The notes under the pieces were generated by a model. It was given only the letters and a program-made list of their open reading frames with translations. It did not search any database and was not told the DNA's origin. Below are positions 25,401-37,205 of a DNA stretch of 64,000 nt, piece after piece; position 1 is the stretch's first letter, and each line of letters opens with the position of its first letter. Both the position numbers and the translations under genes were made by a program. The stretch is taken from contig CM007991.1 of assembly GCA_002189035.1 (NCBI GenBank), forward strand, positions 4,092,001 to 4,156,000, in the 5' to 3' direction. The DNA is from Utricularia gibba (Eukaryota > Plantae > Magnoliophyta).

Positions 25401-26960
25401 CTCTTGTTACATTGAAATGGATATGAAGACAAAGCAAAATCCAAATGAGATAGTTAATAAGTTTAAAGCAAGGCTTGCAGTCAAAGGTTACTCATGGATC
25501 AAAGTGACAAACTATAACAAAATATTCACACCTTTAGTTAGACTTTACATTGTGAAGCTCCTTCTTTCTCTAGCAGCGATTAATGGTTGGTCAATGTACA
25601 TATGGATGTGAAGATATCTTTTTTGAATGGTAAACTTGATGAGGATATTTATACTACACAAATGTAGGGATTTGTTAAACAAGGACAAGAGGACAAAGTG
25701 TATGAACTGAAAAAACAGTGTATGATCTAAAACAAGCTCTTAGGGTATGGAACACAAATATTGATGATTTTTTGATAAAGATTAATTTCACTTAATCACA
25801 TGGAGATGCTAGTGGATCATTTGGAAAATGCTCTAAAACATGAATTTTGATATAAGCAATCTAGGTTTGACAACATATTTTTTAGGTATGGAAGTTCAAC
25901 AAATCAAATTTAAAGGAATATACATTTCGCAAAGGAGATATAGCTTGAAACTTTTGGAAAGATTCAATATGGTGAAAGACAATCCAGTTAGAACACCAAT
26001 GAACTGCAAAGAAACTTTAGAACCATACAAGATGAGATTTTTGTAGAAGCCTAGTTGGAAATCTTATCTAATTATCTCATACAAGATGAGACCTTTGTCA
26101 CACAATGAACATGCTATCTTGGTACATGGCAAAACCAAAGATAAGTCAAGCACCTACAAAAAGTATTAATCATTATATAAAACAAAAAACTACAGATTGA
26201 TGAATTCTCTATGAATATTCAAAAAAGAAGACCAAATATGTGATCTTGGAAACATATTCAAATAGCAATTACAAAATAAATAAAGATTCAAAGAGTACAA
26301 CCATTTATCTGTGTTACCTCACAAATTGTCCCATTGCCTGGTATGCGAAAAAGCAATTGGTGATAGCACAAATCACATTATAGCTAGAATATATTTCTAC
26401 ATTTCTTTTTTTTTTTTTGTCTAATTGAGGCAAATTCTTTTAAATCTAGGTTTTGAGCAAAAGGAAGCAACGCCTCTATATGTGTATAACGAGACAATAC
26501 TTGCCATTGCAAAAGATCCTGCACATTTCATAAGAGCAAAACACATTCGAATTAAACTTCATGTGATATAAGAATATTTGAGGAAGAGGGATGTGAAGCT
26601 CATCTTTGTGGAGACTAGAAATCAAAAAGTAGATACTTATTAAGGGTTTGTTTGGTACTGCCTCAAAAAACAACTTCAAAGAAGTGATTCTAGAAGCGCT
26701 TCAATTTTTTTTGGAGTAGGGGTACCCCAACTTCTAAACCCTAAACCAACTTCTAAAAAAATCGAAGCACTTCATTATTTCAGCTCCATATGAAGCATAA
26801 GCATCACATGTTTTGTCTGAGAATCGCTTCTAGAAGTGCTTCTACTGAAGTAGAAGCTGTACCAAACATACTCTAAGCCATTGGGAAAATCAAAACTTGA
26901 GAAGTTTAAAATGGAGGCCTGATAATATTATTTTTATTATATTTTTATATGTATTTCTAG
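22476..26960 (+). mobile_element. Degenerate Ty1/copia retrotransposon internal region (gag-PR-INT-RT-RH); no LTR pair found
   Basis: Gag ...DTKVIEK, protease-like WLMDRGATN, QNLLSLGKF, integrase LELVHIDLCDP / LKSLRSDNEGEYTS, RT KFKARLAVKGYS...FTPLVRL, RNaseH KAKHIRIKLH. Many stops. Confidence 0.85.
26644..26873. mobile_element. Tourist/PIF-Harbinger-type MITE inserted in the copia RNaseH region
   Basis: TIR GGGTTTGTTTGGTAC versus rc GAGTATGTTTGGTAC (13/15). TAA target duplication at 26641-26643 and 26874-26876. Length 230 bp. Confidence 0.85.
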
Positions 26961-27100
26961 GTGTGTTGTATAAGGTAAAATGTTGCTTTGTATGTTTAAT
27001 TGTTTCTTTTTGTGTATTTAGTTTGAAGAAATGTATTTGTTGTGAAAATAGACTCAATTGAAAACAATTGAATCGAAAATTCTAATGTTTCCTCATGGTC

Positions 27101-28065
27101 TGTTATTAAGTATTAATAAGGAAAGAATTAATACTGACAACGTATTTTCCATGTTGACGAGTCAAAAGAGGGTAGAAAAGTTAATGAAAAGTAGATTTTA
27201 TTCAAAAGTAGCCATCTTCTGAAAACATAAGATGTGGAGCCGAGATCTTCTTTCTAAAAACCTATGGAAAAGATGAAGATACCCTTATTGAGTGGGAACA
27301 TAAAAAAGGAAAAGATAGGGATAGCAAACAATAAGAAGCATGGAGTAGGGAGAATGGTGGTTCTCCTACAAACAACTTCGATCAACTTCTAGATTTACAT
27401 TTACAAAATCATATTTCTACCCAAAACTTGCAGATCCACGAGTCATAGCAACCACTTGACATTTTATTTTCGCTTTTCTACGCTTCTATTTCTAACGTTG
27501 AACTTGTTTTGCATTTTCTATATTTTCTTTGCTTTCTTTGTGATTATGGTGCTAGTTTTGAATGAGAATCCATTGTAGACTCTATTTCAACTTATGAACT
27601 AGTCTATTTAAACTTATGAATTAAGTTTGTGTTTCAGATTTTCAATGTTTAGCTCTTGAGTTTAACATGATTACTATTCTCGCAATTTTTCGCTCGGCTT
27701 CTGGGTGTGATAAAGCTGGGTTTAAGCTTAAAGACTCTCTTGAATGATATAAAAGTCAGATCTCAGTATCAAACTCAACTCAATCACCTCCATTTACATT
27801 TTCTATGCATTCTTTTTACTTTATGTGCTTATTCACCCCTAAAACTTGTATTATTATGTTACGTCTCATGCACGTAAGAGCTAAATTTTCAGAAACTCCC
27901 CTAATTTTAGTAAATGTAAAAGATTTTGAGAAATTGGAACCATTCCTTATGGATCAACTCTTTCTTATCATCCTACATTAATTTATATGATTAATGTAGT
28001 AGTATGTTAGATTTACGAATTTCTTTTCATGTGTTGAACATACTAGATAGTGACATTTAGCATCA
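27101..28065 (+). mobile_element. Probable solo LTR (Ty3/gypsy Athila-like), 965 bp
   Basis: TG...CA ends and a 3' end ...CCTTATGGATCAAC...TTTAGCATCA resembling Athila-type LTR ends. No 5-bp TSD, and the left boundary is uncertain. Confidence 0.45.
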
Positions 28066-29546
28066 AGTTCCAATGTTCATCAAGGTCAAATTGATAAATT
28101 TGAAAGAATTCAACCGAAGCTCAGAGTCCAACGACGAGGGGAGTGAAGGACTTAGCCGTCGAACCTATGAAGAAGATGAGAAGAGAGATACGTTGGCGTG
28201 AATAAATCCATCTTAGTAATTATTGTGGGCTCTAGTAAAAAGACTACCCATTAATGTTGTATACTTACATCTGACCTTGTATAAAGGAAAAAAATACAAC
28301 TAAAATAAAAAAGAAGAGATCTCATAGAGCCTCCAAATCATGAGATTCATATCCAACTGAATAAGTTTGAAAAAGTATATATACTCAAAGAAGATCCACA
28401 TAATGTATTGCCCGACAAGTATCACCAAGGAATCTGACAAGCATACTACAAACCATAATGAGCTTATCCCTAAAAAATTCAATTGCATTACTCAAGGTAA
28501 CTAAAAAATAATTTATATCAAAAGATGTTTTATTTTAGGATAAAATATAAGTATTCATATTTCTACATCAAATATGATTTTTCATATTTAAAATATATAA
28601 AATATTGAAAAAATTATTACAACTATCTATAAAAATATATCCACTTTATCCAAAAGCACATATTCAATAGATTTCTTAAATGAGACTATTATAGCTTATG
28701 AAGCTTCTAATAAAGATCATCTTGACCATAAGCATTTACTTTCATAGCCACTATCCAATCGAATTTTCATCTATTATCCACAAAATTTATATTTCTTCAC
28801 TTATCTTTTATCATAAATAGATTTTATTCTTTAATATGAGCAAAAAAGCCCTTGGATTTTTTTCACTTTTTGATGCTCAAATCTTCTTATTCTATATGAA
28901 CCATATTAAAAAGCATACTTGAAGTAAAATCCTAGAAATTTCATTGATAGTCGAAGGAGCTTTTTTGCCCATAACAGTAATTCTATATCAATTGAATTTT
29001 ATGATGGATATTATGTTTACAAGACATAATCTAGCGTAAAATTAGAAATAGATTAGCCAATGTCCATATTTATTCATAAGCATCAAACAATCTGATCAAA
29101 ATAGGTCTAACATAATGTCATATAAAAATCTCCAAAATTCCAAATTTTCATTCGAATAAAAAAGATATCTAAATACAAAAGTGATAAGATATTCAACACT
29201 TATCAAATTTTTCGTTCATTGCTAACATTGTTTTTTTTTTTTTTTATCATTTCATCGTTAGAAGTCATGATTTATTTAAGTTTAGATTCCACTATCCAGT
29301 TTACGTAAAAAAATAAGTTAAAATTGGATACTTTAATATCGAGTTGGTAATCTCATAAAATGATGTTTATATGGTAATATATAGTTCCTCATTCATTTTT
29401 AGTTGGATTTATCAAAGAATTTTCATGAATGTATGTATGTCAGAAAATAATAAAAAGAGCTGAGAAATATTGTAAAGGTGGCAAACTTATATTCAATATG
29501 GATTCCACCATCAATAATCATGATTCTTCATATTCGGACAACTTTC

Positions 29547-30732
29547 CTAGCCATCACAAAGAGTTCCCTCACCATCTTGGATCCTTCTTCAATGTATTTC
29601 TGAACTAATTCTGAACCTGAGACTCAGATAAAAACGCAGTCTGTATGATGAGCCACGACTCTCGCAAGAAGTGTTTCCCCAATTCCAGGAGGTTCATACG
29701 ACAAGACATCCTTCATAGTCACAGAATCATTAGCAAATAACTAATATCGGCCATACTTTTTAAAACATCCCTTATTCTTTACCTTTGGTTGAACAATTCC
29801 AAGACTTTCAAATAACTAAGGATGTTTAATAGGAAGTTCAACAGATCAAACTAAATGCGAGAGGTTGGGGAGGAGAAACAAGTAAATGCGATCAAAATAT
29901 ACTGGTTAATGTTATACAAAGACAATAAAGCTCAAGGTAAACAAAGAGATAGTGAGAGAGAGATCTTAACCCCTTTTATTTCTTTGATTTGCTGGTCAAG
30001 TCCACCAATCATGTCATAAGTTGAATCGGGTTTCATAAGATTCACCAATGGATCAACTTTACTAGGAAGAATAAGGTGCAGAACACAGCTATCATTGCAC
30101 AACACAACTCTGGTTGAAGGAGTTATCTTGGTGATGTCAATGCTTTTGCCAATGTCAACAACATACTTTCCTTTCGGGTGCATCTATGCACAAAATAAGA
30201 ATAAGAAGTATATATTAAAAGGCAATCTTTTTAGGATATATTTGGTATATAGATAAGTTATACTTAAGATAAAAAGAGATATATAAATAAAAAGTATATG
30301 ATAGGATAATTTTATCACAATTCTTCATCTTCCATTATTTTATCTCATATTTATAATATGAATTATCCGAAGTATAATTTATACCATCTACCAAACATTA
30401 TGTTTTATTTTTTCCATTTAATTATCCCTCTTTATACTTTATACCAAATACACTCTAAGGAATAAAAGCACATTTCGTCTGAAACAAATGAAGAAAAATA
30501 AAACAAACCCAACTAACGTAGTAGCAACCTAAAATAAGGTAAACGAGTGACAATATGGAACGAGTAACAAGTAAAATCAAAATGGAAAAAAACAGATTCT
30601 TCAATGCTAAAACACATTCCGAATGCGCTCTTACCTTGACAAGGACCTTAGACTTGTCCATAACCTTGACAACCTCGCCAACGTAGGACCCTGGTTCTTG
30701 AAGAAGCTGCAACTCCTCCTTCAGTGATCGCA
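29547..30732 (-). pseudogene. RPT6: 26S proteasome AAA-ATPase RPT6 gene fragment, intron-containing pseudogene
   Basis: Four exon remnants: 30732-30635, 30183-29971, about 29843-29783, 29710-29547 ([19 protein letters not shown]; ELPIKHP; GSELVQKYI). In-frame stops TAG 29818-29816 and TGA 29626-29624. VEKV is deleted, Walker A GPPGTGKT reads EPPGIGET, and the last donor is mutated to GAAAGT. The first exon and the C-terminal half are absent. Confidence 0.9.
30234..30455. mobile_element. Tourist-type MITE in an intron of the RPT6 fragment
   Basis: TIR GGATATATTTGGTAT versus rc GAGTGTATTTGGTAT (12/15), flanked by TTA/TAA. Length 222 bp. Confidence 0.6.
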
Positions 30733-31002
30733 CTGAACAACACACAACCAGTACAACCAAAACCATCATTTTTGCTAGAAAATTTTGGGCATAACATACA
30801 GTCATCGGTAAAGTTCAAGATACTTAGAAGATTATAATATTAATGTTGTGTTGGTATTTGTGATCATATGAAAACTAATTGATTTTTAGATCAATATAAC
30901 CATAAGATAAAGTCTAATCAAAGTAAAAAATCCACTTTCTTTTTTAAGTGCAATAGAGATGAAAAAAGACATCTACATATATACATGAATGATTACAAGT
31001 AT

Positions 31003-31576
31003 GGAAAAATTTCATTAAAGTCATTAAATTTATAGCCAATTTTCAATTTTGGCATCAAAGTTTTTTTATTTCAATAAAGCCATTAAACATATAAAAAACT
31101 TTTCATTTCAAATATGAATATAAAAATTGATTTTTTGTAATTGAATAAAACAATGATAAACCTAATTTAATGAAAATATAATCTGATTTAATATAAAATT
31201 TCACTAAATACATTTAATATACATACAATTTCATTTTCATCATAAAAAATTTATTCACTAAAAAACTTAATCATAATTAAATCATTATACGAAAATTATT
31301 AACAATGTAAAAACTATTTTATTTGTAATCAAAGACAAAAAAAATCAATTTTTGTATTAATTTTTGATGAATTTAATGAAATGTTTTATTAGATTGGATT
31401 ATACTTTAATTAAATCCATGCAAATATCAGTTTACATAAATAAAAAATGAATTTTATATGTTTATTTTTAAAATTAAACGATTTTAATTTATTTAATGGT
31501 TTTAATGGAACAAAAAAACTTTGGTGTCAAAATTGAAAACGAAAGATAAATTTAATGACTTTAATGAAATTTGTAC
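31003..31576. mobile_element. Non-autonomous MULE/MITE with long TIRs
   Basis: TIRs of about 90 bp (AAATTTCATTAAAGTCATTAAATTTAT...TTTTCAATTTTG). Perfect 10-bp TSD TTACAAGTAT at 30993-31002 and 31577-31586. Confidence 0.9.
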
Positions 31577-32042
31577 TTACAAGTATCAAAGAAATGATCC
31601 CTTAGAAATTTTTGACTGAAAGCGTCTAGTTTTACACGTTTCTATCTTTTTACTAATTGTAATTATATTATATATTTATAAAACTTTCATTTTATGGTAA
31701 AAAAAAATTTGTGTTGTTGAGATAATATAATATTATTTTTATTAATACGTTTCTTTTTAAATGCATCCTATATGTTATCTGAATTTAGTGTCATCATCGG
31801 TAACCCACCTACCCCCTGCCACTCCAAGCATGAAGCATCAATGCTCGTTTTCTGGGCACCCTAATCAACGGCATCACCATCTTGAAAGCAATGCGCTTCA
31901 ACTTGGGGGCCCTTTTTTTCAGAAAGATTGAAATCTGCAAACCTCTTTTGCTATGTGGATGAGCAAATCCAATCCCCATTCACATGTAATAAGGGCTTGA
32001 GAGGGAGGGGCAGACAGGATACGACAGTTTCTTGAGGAGAAA

Positions 32043-34523
32043 ATGGAAGCGAAGAGGATCCGTATCTTCTTCTTCCTCCTGCTGCTGTTCCCACTTTCGT
32101 CTGCATTTCCTCAGTGCAAGGATCTGAGTAAGTGTGTGTGTTGTCACCTGCTTGTTTCTCCTCTGTCTGACTTTCTTTGAGTTGAAAACTGTAGGTGCTC
32201 CCAAAAGGTTGAGGGGACATTTAGGCTTCTGTGCATACAGCGGAAGTACTTGCTGTAGCTTATCTGATGATCTGCAGCTGAAGAAGCAGTTCATGGGAAT
32301 GAGCATTTCTGATTCGGCCTGCGCCTCTGCTGTGAAGTCTGTTCTCTGTGCTGTAAGTTCTTCGAGTTGCAGCTGCTTGGTCGGTAGAAATGAAATCTGT
32401 TAACCTAATCTTTCGTCCCCGCAGCGTTGTGACCCATTTGCTGCGAAGCTGTTCAGCGCTGATTCAGAGCTCAGGTCTGTTCCCTTTCTCTGTAATTCCA
32501 CTGCTGGGAATGCCGACTTCGGCTTCTGCTCCACGGTGTGGGACAGTTGCGAAGATGTCCTGATCCAGAACTCTCCTTTTGCACCGGCATTGGAAACCAA
32601 AGCTGGAAACTCTCTGAATTCCTCGCAATCCAAGCTCAAAGATCTCTGGCAATCGAAATCGGACTTCTGCAACGCTTTCGGCCGAAACCCTGAAGACCAA
32701 AGCTCAATTTGCTTCAACGGCGAACACGTTTCCCTCAATGCAACAAACACGCTGCCTCCACCGAAGGGTTTGTGCCTGGAGAAGATTGGGAACATGTCAT
32801 ATGTCAGCATGGTTCCTCACCCAGATGGATCGAACAGGGCTTTCTTTGCAACCCTTGCTGGAAAAGTTTTTCTAGCAACTATTCCCGAGCAGGATTCAGG
32901 GGGCGAACTTGAACTCAACTTGTTTGTTGATTTGACTGACCAAGTTTATCTCGATACAACGTTTGGAATGACAGGAATAGCTTTCCACCCTAATTTCGCA
33001 ACGAACGGCAGATTCTTTGCGGCATTCAACTGCGACAGAAACAGGTCCCCGGCATGCAGAGGGATGTGCGCTTGCAATTCCGATGTGGGATGTGATCCTT
33101 CAAATCTGGTTTCTGCCGGAGGAGAAGAGCCCTGCAGATATCATACAGCTATAGCGGAATACTCAGCTAATGGAACTGCTTCAAACCCATCAACGGTAAA
33201 CACTTCTGGATCAGAATGGTAACAAAAGCATTTGCACCTTATATTCATGTTTCAGAGATTTAGATTACTTACAGTCGGTAAGAGCGAGCTCAACGGAAGT
33301 GAGAAGGATCTTCACTGTGGGGCTACCTTTCACAGCTAACCATGGTGGCCAGATTCTTTTTGGTCCTGCGGATGGATACCTCTATTTCATGATGGGAGAT
33401 GGTGGAGGCAAAGGTGATCCATACAACTTCGCTCAGAATAAGGACTCTCCGATGGGTAAGATCATGAGACTCGACGTTGACAATATACCTAGTAAGTGCC
33501 ATGATCATCAAACCTTGTTCAGTTGCATAATGCTGCTCCAGCTAGTTTGAAACATTCCTTGTCCTTAAAGGTGAAGATGAAATATTGAGGCTTGGGTACT
33601 GGGGAAACTACTCTGTACCTAAAGATAACCCTTATTCAAATGAAAGGGGAATGAGACCAGAGATCTGGGCTTACGGTTTCAGCAACCCCTGGCGTTGCAG
33701 CTTCGATTCAGAAAAGCCTTCATACTTTCTCTGTGGCGATGTTGGTCAGGTAAACCTTCACAAAGCTGATGCCAATCTTACATCCTCCATATCCTTCTGA
33801 GCTCCAAGTATTTCAGGATCACTACGAGGAAGTTGATCTCATTACAAAAGGAGGAAACTATGGATGGCGTGCCTTCGAAGGTCCTCTTGTTTATCGAAGC
33901 ACGTCTGGTACTCAGAGGAACGCTTCTGTTACTGCGGTGGATCCAATCTTCCCTGTCTTGGGGTACAGCCACAAATACAACAAAGTTGGCTCTGCTGCAA
34001 TAATCGGCGGATACGTCTACCGTTCACAAACCGATCCGTGCACCTATGGAAGGTAAAAGAAGAAGGCAATTCCATGTTCCATAACAATTTTGCATAATGC
34101 TTATCTGAAATGGGGTATAATAATGAAATCTGCAGTTACGTGTATGGAGACCTGTACTCAAATCATATCTGGGCTGCATCAGAATCCCCAGGAGACAGTG
34201 GAAACTTCACCGGAACAGACATCCCTTTCACCTGTGCTCCGGATTCTCCGATCACATGCAACATGGTGGTCAACAGCAGCCTCCCTGCTTTACAGTTAGT
34301 CTTCTCGTTTGGAGAGGACAACAGAAGAGATGTCTACCTTCTAGCACAGAGCGGAGTGTATAGAGTGGTGCGTCCAAGCCGATGCAACTATACCTGCTCG
34401 AAAGAAGTCATGATGTCTAACGCTAACGCTCCACCTGCTGCACCCGCTGAGTCTAAAGCACATTCACCTGCAATGCTCCACATTTCAGTGGTGTTGTTGC
34501 TGCTCCTAGCGTTTGTTAGTTGA
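32043..34523 (+). CDS. HIPL1: HIPL1-like protein (Hedgehog-interacting-protein-like; folate-receptor-like Cys domain plus glucose/sorbosone dehydrogenase beta-propeller; signal peptide and GPI-anchor-like tail), 7 exons, 677 aa
   Basis: Exons 32043-32127, 32195-32352, 32425-33195, 33275-33491, 33571-33749, 33817-34052, 34136-34523 (2034 nt). Motifs NHGGQILFGPADGYLYFMMGDGG, PEIWAYGFSNPWRCSFD and GGNYGWR. Hydrophobic N- and C-termini. Confidence 0.93.
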
Positions 34524-36405
34524 CGTGGTTTTCATGGTGAAACTAGGGAGATTCTGAACCTTCGCTTTTTCCCCGGTAGTCCCAGAGATTGTTATTCCAA
34601 TTGGAAGATTTAGCATGGCTTCTAGTTGCACCACCACGCTGCTGTTGAAATTACAAACTTGCCACAAGGTCCATGGAGAGATAAGGATGAGGAGTAATAA
34701 GGAAGTATGGGAGATATAAGGAAGAGTTGACCTAAGGTTAGAGTATACTCTAGAAGGAAGGTATTTGTTGTCATATTTTGGCATTCAAGGGAAAATATGG
34801 GAGCACCTTTGGCATCAAATCCGTGCAACGTATTTTTTTGTTAGTTTGGTTCCTTTGGCCAGCTCTATATATTGCTGGAAATTCATGTAAAACAGTGTGC
34901 GTAAAATACAAAGAATTTCTCATTGCACCTTTTCTTTCAGCTGCCATTCATTGCAGCAGCACAGATCCAACTGAGAACCCGAACGCGAAAGAATGGCGCC
35001 AATTCAACTGGCCAAGCGTACTCCGAATATCTCCATAAATCCGGCATGCAGATCTAATCCGGGGGATTGCGAACAGATACTTTCGGCCAGTTCAGCCGTC
35101 CTCCAGAAAATTTCATCCGAAAAGGAGGCACGTTTACGTAGAAATAATTCAGAAAACTAGAAAATCATATTAAAACCTGAACTCAAAAGGAGCCTAATTT
35201 AGCTAACTAGCCCTCTAACAAAAATCAATTGGCTAAATACCTCTATTTCAAATTTTTTTGCGCAATACGCCTATTTCATTTATTTTTTTGCCAAATAGCC
35301 CTAATTTTCATATATATCAAATTTAATAAAATAAAAAACGAATTTTTATTAAAAATATTAAAAAAAACTTATCTATATATATATAATATTTAGTTATTAT
35401 AATATATACAATATTTAGATTTTATACTATTAGTTTTATGAAAAATTACAATTAATAAATATTAATAAAATTTTCAATATTTTAATTAATTATTTTTAAT
35501 TTTTGCATTTTTTTGACTTAGTTTAATTTTATAAAAATATATAATTTGCAACAAATCAAAATTGAACATTTTACCTATGGATTCAACAAAGATAAAAGAA
35601 TATCAATTAAACTACATACTTAAGAAAGCTTTGTTAATATCGTTTATGCATAAGTCATGCATGTGTATGCTACACGGTACCCATGTGTCTTAAACATATA
35701 TACATCAATGTGGATTATGTAACTTATGTTCATAACTTAATTGATAAATTTTTTGTAATTAAAGGTTAATGATTCAATTTGTGTTTATCTCAAATAATAT
35801 TTTTTTAAAACCTAGAATAAAAAATGCATGTTTTTGTAAAAATTGACATTCAGATGCTGATTATTATTCATATAAATTGCAATTGGATAAATATTTAGCA
35901 TTTTCAGCTATTTAGTTAATTACTTTCAATATAATAATATTAATATTATAAAAATGTATAATTATAAATGAAGATAATTTCACCAATAAATCTTGAGATA
36001 AAAATGTTGTCAATTATGTTATAACTAATTGCTGTTGAGTATGAATCTAAGGAGAAGCATCAGAATCCAATGAGAGATCCAGAATAGAGGCAAAAAGGTG
36101 TCATGGCAAGGAGGAGTAAGAAAAGAATAGAAGAAGATTTGGACTTAATTACGTTAGACCCAAGTTGAGAACCCACCCCATGCTCAATGCGTAATCCACC
36201 GAGACAATCTGAGGGTGGAAAATAAAGTAAGTCTACCTACCTCAATCTTAGGCAACAGTTAACAATCCAACGGTCATCTAAAGTAACCTCTATATATACC
36301 TATATAACTCATCAGAGATGTTGCTCTCTTACGTTCATATTAGAACAAAAACAGCATATTCACTTTTTCAAATATCTATACCACAACATTTCAAAATTGC
36401 ATTCA

Positions 36406-36423
36406 TGGTGAACCCGACATGAA
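36406..36423 (+). other. Primer-binding site complementary to the 3' end of tRNA-Trp
   Basis: TGGTGAACCCGACATGAA versus reverse complement of plant cytosolic tRNA-Trp(CCA)+CCA, TGGTGAACCCGACGTGAA (17/18; tRNA sequence from recall). It directly follows the LTR end ...CATTCA. Confidence 0.75.
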
Positions 36424-36818
36424 CGAAACAACCACACTGCAATCTTCTAAGCCTCAGATTGATCAGATAAGTTCGAACTCTCAATCCTCTCATCTCCTAA
36501 TTGTTTTTCTTCCTAGCAGATCTACCAGATGACATCCACTATATCTGTCACAAATAGCTCTACTCCTATCATCGATGGCAAGGGGTATGACATCTGGGCA
36601 CCAAAAATGGAAATCTACTTGAGACTTTATAGTCTCTGGAATATAATCCCCATGGACCCCCTCTTTGTAGAAATTGCTGAAGAAAAACATATGGTAGAAC
36701 AGGTGTTCACTATGAAAGAAATTTAAGTATCAACAGTACTAGCAACAGCAGTGGTTGGTGATGCTTACCATTGCATAACTAGGAAGTCACCTAGAGAAGC
36801 ATGGCTGACCCTATAGAA

Positions 36819-37205
36819 TAGGGGTGCAAACGAGTTGAGCCGGCTCGCGATCTTTTTTGAGTCGGCTCAAGCTCAACTCGACTACAGCTCGGCTCGATCG
36901 AGTTCGAGCCGAGCCAAAATCGAGCTCGAGCCAACAATCGAGCCGAGCTCGAGCTTTGCATTCCAAGGCTTGAGGCTCAAGGAGGCAAATTTTTGGGCTC
37001 GAGAAGGCACATTTTTGGGCTCGAAATGCATTTTTAGGCTCGATGCAAATTTTTGGGCTCAAATTGAGCCCGAGTTCGAGCCAAGTTTTCTTGGGCTCAG
37101 CGAGCTTGAGCTCGAGTTCAAGCCTAAAAATATACAATCGAGCTCGAGCTCGAGCTCGAAATTTACCGGAAAGCTCGGCTCGGCTCGAGCTCGTTTGTAG
37201 TCCTA
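36819..37205. mobile_element. hAT-derived MITE inserted in copia gag
   Basis: TIR TAGGGGTGCAAAC versus rc TAGGACTACAAAC. Perfect 8-bp TSD CTATAGAA (36811-36818, 37206-37213). Dense GAGC(T/C)CG subterminal repeats. Confidence 0.92.

Noticed and set aside
28250-29540. Minus-strand peptides (FLGDTCRAIH, IRLDSG) reminiscent of Bianca-type integrase
   Set aside because: The motifs occur in the wrong order and all frames are full of stops, so it cannot be assigned.
35055-35125. Box C/D snoRNA-like motifs (ATGAA...CTGA with a short terminal stem) on the minus strand
   Set aside because: Only about 35 nt between the boxes and a non-consensus box C.
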